From Thermoanaerobaculia bacterium (GTDB taxonomy: Bacteria; Acidobacteriota; Thermoanaerobaculia; Multivoradales; UBA5704): 38,763 nucleotides of DNA. This document shows positions 34,056-38,763 of this stretch, piece after piece. How positions within the stretch are numbered: the first letter of the stretch is position 1; each line of letters opens with the position of its first letter. The notes under the pieces are model-generated. The model saw only the letters and a list, made by a program, of their open reading frames with translations. It ran no database searches and was not told the DNA's origin. The stretch lies in contig JBGAGQ010000057.1 in the NCBI GenBank assembly GCA_044226625.1, positions 1 through 38,763 on the forward strand, in the 5' to 3' direction. Both the position numbers and the translations under genes were made by a program.

Positions 34056-35654
34056 TTACGACGTCTGTCCCGCGATCTGCTGGATCTGCAGGATGACGAA
34101 CTCGGCGGGTTGGACGGGGGCTACGCCGATCACGATGTTCACGATGCCCTGGTCGATGTCGGTCTGCGTCGTGGTGGTCGAGTCGACGTTGACGAAATAG
34201 GCCTGCGCGGCGCTCGCGCCGGCGAACGCCCCCTGCGAATAGAGCCCCGCGAGGAAGCTGCCGACCGAAACCCGGATGTTCGCCCACAGCGCTTCGTCGT
34301 TCGGCTGGAAGACGGTCCACTTCAAGCTCTGCTGGAGCGAAAGCTCGATGAAGTCGAGCAGGCGGCGAACCGGGATGTACTTCCACTGGCTGCTGATCTG
34401 GTCCGCCCCGGCGAGCGTACGGGCGCCCCAGGAGAGGTTGCCGAACACCGGGAACGAGCGGAGGGCGTTGATCCCGAGCGGGTTCAGCTGGCCGTTCTGC
34501 GCGTCCGAGATCTGCACCGCGACGTCCGCCCCCTGGAGCACCGAGTCGGTTCCGGCGGGCGCTTTCCACACGCCCTCGGTCGCGTCGATCCGGGCGTAGA
34601 CTCCGGCGAGCGTGCCGCTCGCGCCGACGTTCCGCGGTTGGAAGTTCGCGCTCGGGTCGGGGATCACGAGCCTCGGGAAGTAGACCGCCCCCGAGTAGTT
34701 GTCCTCGCCGAGGACGTAGGTCTGCGCCCAGGACTGCATCGCCTCGACGGTCACGAGGTTCTGCGGGATGTCGATGATGTAGAACGCCTTGCGGTCGCCG
34801 CAGAACTTGAGCGCCGCGGTCATCGCGTTCGCCATCTCGCCCGTCGAGACGCCGGCCTTCGCGGTCGCCGGCAGGCAGAGCGTGTTGAACACCGCCGGGG
34901 CGATCCGGTCGAGCGCGTCGAGATTCTGGTCTTGGGTGAGGACGCCGGGGCCGGGAATCGCGCCGTCCGCGCCGCCCGAAAGCGGAAACGAGATCGCGGG
35001 GGCGCCGGCCGCAGGGATGGAGGTCGACGTCACCGGAGCCCCGGCCGGTAGGGGGATGCGGATCAGCCGGGACGCGGAGTTGATCACTGCCGGGGCGTAC
35101 ATCGCGCTGGTCGGGTCGAGCGTCAGGTTGAGGTAGCTCTCCGAGCCCATCTGCCGCCCCTGGACCACTTCGGCGACCGCGAGGTTGAACGTCCCGGCGG
35201 CGACCGCCTGGGTGCCGACCTGCATCGGCGCCGAGATCGTGACTGTGAGGTTGTTGCCCCACGAACCGGGGTTCGCCGACTGGATCAGGAACCCCGCGCC
35301 GCTCGAGCTCGCAAGAGCGGCGAGCGCGCCGGCGGTCGAGTCGGTGTTCACCACCCGGACGATCCAGCCGATCAGTCCGCCGTTCAGGAAGTATTGGTAA
35401 GCGGCGTAAGTCGCCTCGCTGTTGCCGTCGATGCCGCCGTAAAGCCGCTGGAAATCGCTCCAGTTGTTGACCTGGAAGGCGACCGGCGTGAACGTCGGAT
35501 TCTGCAGATTCTGCGGATTGTCGGCGATGGTCACCGGGCCGCGGCGGAAATAGTCGACGAAAGCGGTCGACGACGTGGTGACGCCGGTGACCACCTGCTG
35601 CGTGCTGGGCAGCTCTTCGATGTAGATGCCGGGATAGCTGACTTGTACGGGCAC
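34056..35654 (-). CDS. Contractile tail sheath protein 2 (Afp2/3/4-like)
   Basis: 'YPGIYIEEL', 'AVYFPRL', 'SGTLAGVYARID...GVWKAPAG', 'LNPLGINALRSF', 'WGARTL', 'WKYIPVRR', 'PAEFVILQI'; GTG start with AGGAGAG RBS. Confidence 0.95.
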   Translation of the reverse strand: MPVQVSYPGIYIEELPSTQQVVTGVTTSSTAFVDYFRRGPVTIADNPQNLQNPTFTPVAFQVNNWSDFQRLYGGIDGNSEATYAAYQYFLNGGLIGWIVRVVNTDSTAGALAALASSSGAGFLIQSANPGSWGNNLTVTISAPMQVGTQAVAAGTFNLAVAEVVQGRQMGSESYLNLTLDPTSAMYAPAVINSASRLIRIPLPAGAPVTSTSIPAAGAPAISFPLSGGADGAIPGPGVLTQDQNLDALDRIAPAVFNTLCLPATAKAGVSTGEMANAMTAALKFCGDRKAFYIIDIPQNLVTVEAMQSWAQTYVLGEDNYSGAVYFPRLVIPDPSANFQPRNVGASGTLAGVYARIDATEGVWKAPAGTDSVLQGADVAVQISDAQNGQLNPLGINALRSFPVFGNLSWGARTLAGADQISSQWKYIPVRRLLDFIELSLQQSLKWTVFQPNDEALWANIRVSVGSFLAGLYSQGAFAGASAAQAYFVNVDSTTTTQTDIDQGIVNIVIGVAPVQPAEFVILQIQQIAGQTS

Positions 35655-35690
35655 GTTGCTCTCCTCGCTCTCTCGATCGCCTTACCTAGG

Positions 35691-38237
35691 TCACGACGCC
35701 GACTGACCGGCCATCAGCTGGAACTGCAGGATCACGAACTCGGCGGGCTTAACCGGCGCGATGCCGATCACCACGTTGACGATGCCCTGGAGGATGTCGG
35801 TCGGCGTGGTCGTGGTCGAGTCCGCGCGGACGAAGAACGCCTGGTCCTGCGTCTGCCCTTGGAGCGCGCCCTGCGCCCACAGGCCGGCGAGGAACGTGCC
35901 GATCTCGGAGCGGAGGTTCGCCCACAGCGGCTCGGCGTTCGGCTCGAACACGGCCCATTTGAGGCTCTGGTCGAGCGAGAGCTCGATGAAGTCGGTGAGG
36001 CGCCGGACCGGGATGTATTTCCACTCGCTGTCGATCTGGTCGGCCCCCGCGAGCGTCCGCGCCCCCCAGGAGATGTTGCCGAAGATCGGGAACGTGCGCA
36101 GGCAGTTGATACCGAGGGGATTCAGCTGGCCGTTCTCGGCATCGGTCGTCTGCACCGCGGGCGAGGCGCCCTGGAGCACGGCGGTGGTGCCGGCCGGCGC
36201 CACCCAGACGCCCGCCTGCGTGTCGTTCCGAGCGTAGACCCCGGCGAGCGTGCCGCTCGCGCCGACGTTCCTCGGTCGGTAGCCGTTGATCGGGTCGGGC
36301 ATCACCAGCCGCGGGTAGTAGACCGCTGCGTGCACGTTGTCCTGCGACAGGAGTTGGGCGTCGTTGGCGAACTGCTGCATCGCCGCGACGTTCGTGGTCG
36401 CGGGGGGGATGTCCACCAGGAAGAACGCCTTGTGGCTGTCGCAGTACTGGATCGCGTTGGCGAAAATCCCTTGGATCGCCTGGGGCGTGAGCGTCGCGAT
36501 CGCCGGCATGGACAGCAGGTTGAACGTGTTCGGCGCGATCGAATCGAGCGGCGCGAGCGGGTTCCCCGTGGCGTAGGCGCTCGAGATCAGGTTCCCCCCG
36601 TTGGTCTCCGCACCATCGCTGCCGCCCGAGAAGGCGAGGCCGATCGGCCGCGAAGGCGGGGTGAGCCAGACGCCGGTAGCGCCCGCGGCCGGAGGGGGAG
36701 CGGTCGCCGTGACGAGCTGCGCCGTCGAGAGGACGCGCGAGACGAAACTCCCCGCGTTCGGGTTGCTGGAGGTGAGGTTGGTGAAGCTCTCGGTCGCCTG
36801 GATGCGGCCGTTCACGACCGCCTGGGCGGTCAGGTTGAACGCACCCGCGCTCGTGCCGGGTGTGAGCGTCACGACGATGTTGTTGCCCCAGACGCCCGGG
36901 TTCGCCGCCGCGAGCTGGAAGCTTCCGGCCGCCGGTCCGCTGCTGGCCGCGGGGGGCGCGGCCGCGCCGCCGACCGGCTTGATCGAGATCGCCTGGTTCC
37001 CGGCCGCCACGACCTGACCGTTGGTATCGAGCCCTACCACCTGGATCGTCGCGGCGGTCGTGCCGTTCGGCACCGGGAAATCAGCGATGGCGACCGTGGC
37101 GGTGAGCGTCGCGGCGGGGATCGGCGTCGGAGGCGTGCTCTTGAGCGGGTTGAAGGTCGCTCCGCCGTCGGTCGACAGGCGGATCGCGTAGGTGGCCGGC
37201 GTCGCGCCGGTGGGCGCGGTCCAGGTCACCGTCACCGGCCCCGTCGTCGAAAGGTCTACCGTGTCGTTCGCGGCGGGCGCCGTCAAGGGGATCTGCGGTC
37301 CCGATTCGAGCGTGATCGTTCCCGACGTGCCGGCCGCCACGGGGTTGCCGAGAGCGTCGCGGCCGACGACCTGGAACTGCACCGAGGAGGTGGTGCCCAC
37401 CGCCGGCGCGGGCAGGTTCGGGACGTTCGCCGTCAGGGCGTCGCCCGGAATCGTCGCGGGGGAGGTTGCGATCGGCGCGAAAGTCGCCCCCGAATCGGTG
37501 GAGATCAGGATCGCGTAGCTTTCCGGCGCCGTCGTGGGCTTGGTCCAGGTCACCGCGACCGGCAGCCCGCTCGGCAGGTTGATGGTGCCGGTCGGGGCGG
37601 TGACGGTGAGCGTCGAGCCCGCGCCCGACGGAAGGATCGGGAAGGCCGCGCTGTCGCCGCTGGCGATCAGGTTGCCGTTCGCGTCGTTGAGGATCAGCCG
37701 GACGACCCCGCTCGCCGCCGCGGTCAGGCTCGGCAGCGTGAGGGAGAAAGGCGTCGAGGCCGGCGCGAACGGGTTCTTGCCGCTGCCGCTCGCCTTGGCG
37801 GTGGTGAACGTCCGGCCGCCGTCGGTCGAGAGCAGCGCGGTGATCTTCGCGTTGGCCGGCGGATTCGGGGCGCTGTACGCCACGTTCACCGTGCCGCCCG
37901 AGGTCTGCGCGCCGCCGCCGGGAGAGGTGACCGCGATCGTCCCGCTGGCCGCCGCCGATTTCGCGGTCGTCGGATCGACCAGGCGGATGATCCAGGCGAT
38001 CTGGCCGCCGTTCAGGAAGAACTGGTAGACGCCGTAGCTCGCTTCGCTGCGAGTGTCGAGCCCGCCGAAGATGCGCTGGAAGTCGTTCCAGTTGTCGACC
38101 TGGGTCGCCAGGTTCACCGGGCCGCGCGGGAAGAAGTCGACGAACGCGGTCGCCGAGGTGCTGACGCCGGTGACGGTGTGGGCGCTACTCGGGATTTCCT
38201 CGATGTAGACGCCAGGAGAGGACACGGGAACGGTCAT
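35691..38237 (-). CDS. Contractile tail sheath protein 1 with three inserted Ig-like repeats
   Basis: Same sheath N- and C-terminal signatures ('PGVYIEEI', 'WGARTL', 'WAVFEPN', 'PVKPAEFV') plus a ~320-aa insert absent from sheath 2; GAGGAGG RBS. Confidence 0.95.
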   Translation of the reverse strand: MTVPVSSPGVYIEEIPSSAHTVTGVSTSATAFVDFFPRGPVNLATQVDNWNDFQRIFGGLDTRSEASYGVYQFFLNGGQIAWIIRLVDPTTAKSAAASGTIAVTSPGGGAQTSGGTVNVAYSAPNPPANAKITALLSTDGGRTFTTAKASGSGKNPFAPASTPFSLTLPSLTAAASGVVRLILNDANGNLIASGDSAAFPILPSGAGSTLTVTAPTGTINLPSGLPVAVTWTKPTTAPESYAILISTDSGATFAPIATSPATIPGDALTANVPNLPAPAVGTTSSVQFQVVGRDALGNPVAAGTSGTITLESGPQIPLTAPAANDTVDLSTTGPVTVTWTAPTGATPATYAIRLSTDGGATFNPLKSTPPTPIPAATLTATVAIADFPVPNGTTAATIQVVGLDTNGQVVAAGNQAISIKPVGGAAAPPAASSGPAAGSFQLAAANPGVWGNNIVVTLTPGTSAGAFNLTAQAVVNGRIQATESFTNLTSSNPNAGSFVSRVLSTAQLVTATAPPPAAGATGVWLTPPSRPIGLAFSGGSDGAETNGGNLISSAYATGNPLAPLDSIAPNTFNLLSMPAIATLTPQAIQGIFANAIQYCDSHKAFFLVDIPPATTNVAAMQQFANDAQLLSQDNVHAAVYYPRLVMPDPINGYRPRNVGASGTLAGVYARNDTQAGVWVAPAGTTAVLQGASPAVQTTDAENGQLNPLGINCLRTFPIFGNISWGARTLAGADQIDSEWKYIPVRRLTDFIELSLDQSLKWAVFEPNAEPLWANLRSEIGTFLAGLWAQGALQGQTQDQAFFVRADSTTTTPTDILQGIVNVVIGIAPVKPAEFVILQFQLMAGQSAS

Positions 38238-38272
38238 GCCACATCCTCCTCAAAAAGCCCGAATCCGTACTT

Positions 38273-38360
38273 CTACCGCTCATCGGAGGCGTACGGCCCG
38301 CCGACTCTCGGCGAACCCGCTGTGCGAGGAGGGCGTTTCGGTCCGCCCCTCGCGCCGATG
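38273..38360 (-). promoter_or_regulatory. Structured 5' leader of the eCIS operon with an ops-like GCGGTAG core
   Basis: Two hairpins (38324-38353, 38295-38317) enclosed by CATCGG/CCGATG pairing (38281-38286 with 38355-38360), followed by GAGCGGTAGAAG about 35 nt before the ATG. Confidence 0.4.
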
Positions 38361-38379
38361 GCACGAAGACTGAGGCGGG

Positions 38380-38409
38380 AGTATGTTGTCGAAGCCAGAG
38401 GCGTGTCAA
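38380..38409 (-). promoter_or_regulatory. Putative sigma70-type promoter of the eCIS operon
   Basis: Minus strand TTGACA (38409-38404), 18-nt spacer, CATACT (38385-38380). Confidence 0.55.
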
Positions 38410-38431
38410 ACGCTGGGAGCGCTAAAAACCT

Positions 38432-38740
38432 CTACCCGCCGAACTTGATCGGGTCGCCCAGCTCGTCGAGCGAGAAGTTGGCCATGATCTGGTGGCCGTT
38501 GAAGTCGAGCACCCGGATGTCCTCGTCGTTCTCGAGGTCCTTGAGGATGTTGGCGAAGGAGTGCTCGTACCGCGTCTCGACGGCGTCCCGATCGACCTCG
38601 TACGCGATGAACTTGTCGATCCCCTTGTAGCGCAGCTTCGAGACCAGCCGCTCGTCGGTCAGCTTCGGATAGGTCGACAGCACGAGGATCGGTCCGGTGC
38701 CGGTGAAGATGATGTAGGCGCGCAGCGTCGACTTGGGCAT
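38432..38740 (-). CDS. Small hypothetical cytosolic protein
   Basis: Globular-looking 102-aa ORF with GC3-rich codons and AAGGAGAGG RBS; 'IIFTGTGPIL...KL..KGI.KFIAYEV...RY...D.RVLD..GH'. No function assignable. Confidence 0.8.
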   Translation of the reverse strand: MPKSTLRAYIIFTGTGPILVLSTYPKLTDERLVSKLRYKGIDKFIAYEVDRDAVETRYEHSFANILKDLENDEDIRVLDFNGHQIMANFSLDELGDPIKFGG

Positions 38741-38763
38741 TCCGACCTCTCCTTGGGCACTTC

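Larger units (their letters stand above)
9260..38237 (-). other. Extracellular contractile injection system (eCIS; Afp/PVC-like) gene cluster, 3' end truncated
   Basis: Co-oriented, often translationally coupled genes: sheath x2, tube, gp26-like, DUF4255, AAA ATPase, DUF4157, CIS tube initiator, LysM, hub, gp5 spike, gp25, baseplate J x2, gpI-like, DUF6519. No capsid, terminase or portal genes. Confidence 0.93.

Noticed and set aside
9260-38237. Prophage or R-type tailocin
   Set aside because: No capsid, portal, terminase, integrase or lysis genes; DUF4255, Afp15-like ATPase and DUF4157 point to eCIS.
38281-38360. c-di-GMP or other known riboswitch
   Set aside because: A GAAA-containing loop is present, but I could not match the conserved nucleotides of any known class.
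38359-38373. Sigma54-like TGGCAC-N5-CTGA
   Set aside because: On the + strand, pointing away from the eCIS operon, and the -12 GC is not conserved.
35394-38630. Long alternative-frame or antisense ORFs (e.g. 35394-38630 +, 2556-5348 +, 13261-16101 -, 24577-26571 +)
   Set aside because: Arg/Gly/Pro-rich shadow frames of real high-GC genes with no recognisable motifs.

Overview
High-GC bacterial DNA with two convergent blocks. On the + strand: the 3' part of an OprM/NodT-type efflux outer-membrane protein gene, then (after a small minus-strand GIY-YIG nuclease gene) a compact tssJ-like/tssL/tssM operon encoding only the T6SS membrane complex, with no tssK or other T6SS tail genes. It is followed by a secreted phospholipase A2-like/ricin-B lectin protein and a truncated VOC/CatE-like gene. 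On the - strand (about 9.26-38.24 kb): a ~29 kb Afp/PVC-like extracellular contractile injection system (eCIS) operon with two sheaths, tube, gp26-like hub protein, a 1654-aa repeat protein, DUF4255 terminator, AAA ATPase, DUF4157, split tube-initiator/LysM genes, split VgrG-like hub and spike, gp25, two baseplate-J proteins, a P2 gpI-like protein and a truncated DUF6519 protein. Most notable: (1) an orphan T6SS membrane complex beside an eCIS, a possible hybrid envelope-anchored injection system, although an apparent deletion or assembly junction at ~9260 may have created the adjacency; (2) six GTAG REP-doublet (REPIN-like) palindromes translated in frame inside the giant eCIS protein, within nested tandem repeats; (3) structural subunits carrying inserted binding-type domains (Ig-like, BNR propeller, LamG). 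All family calls are by motif recognition, not database search.
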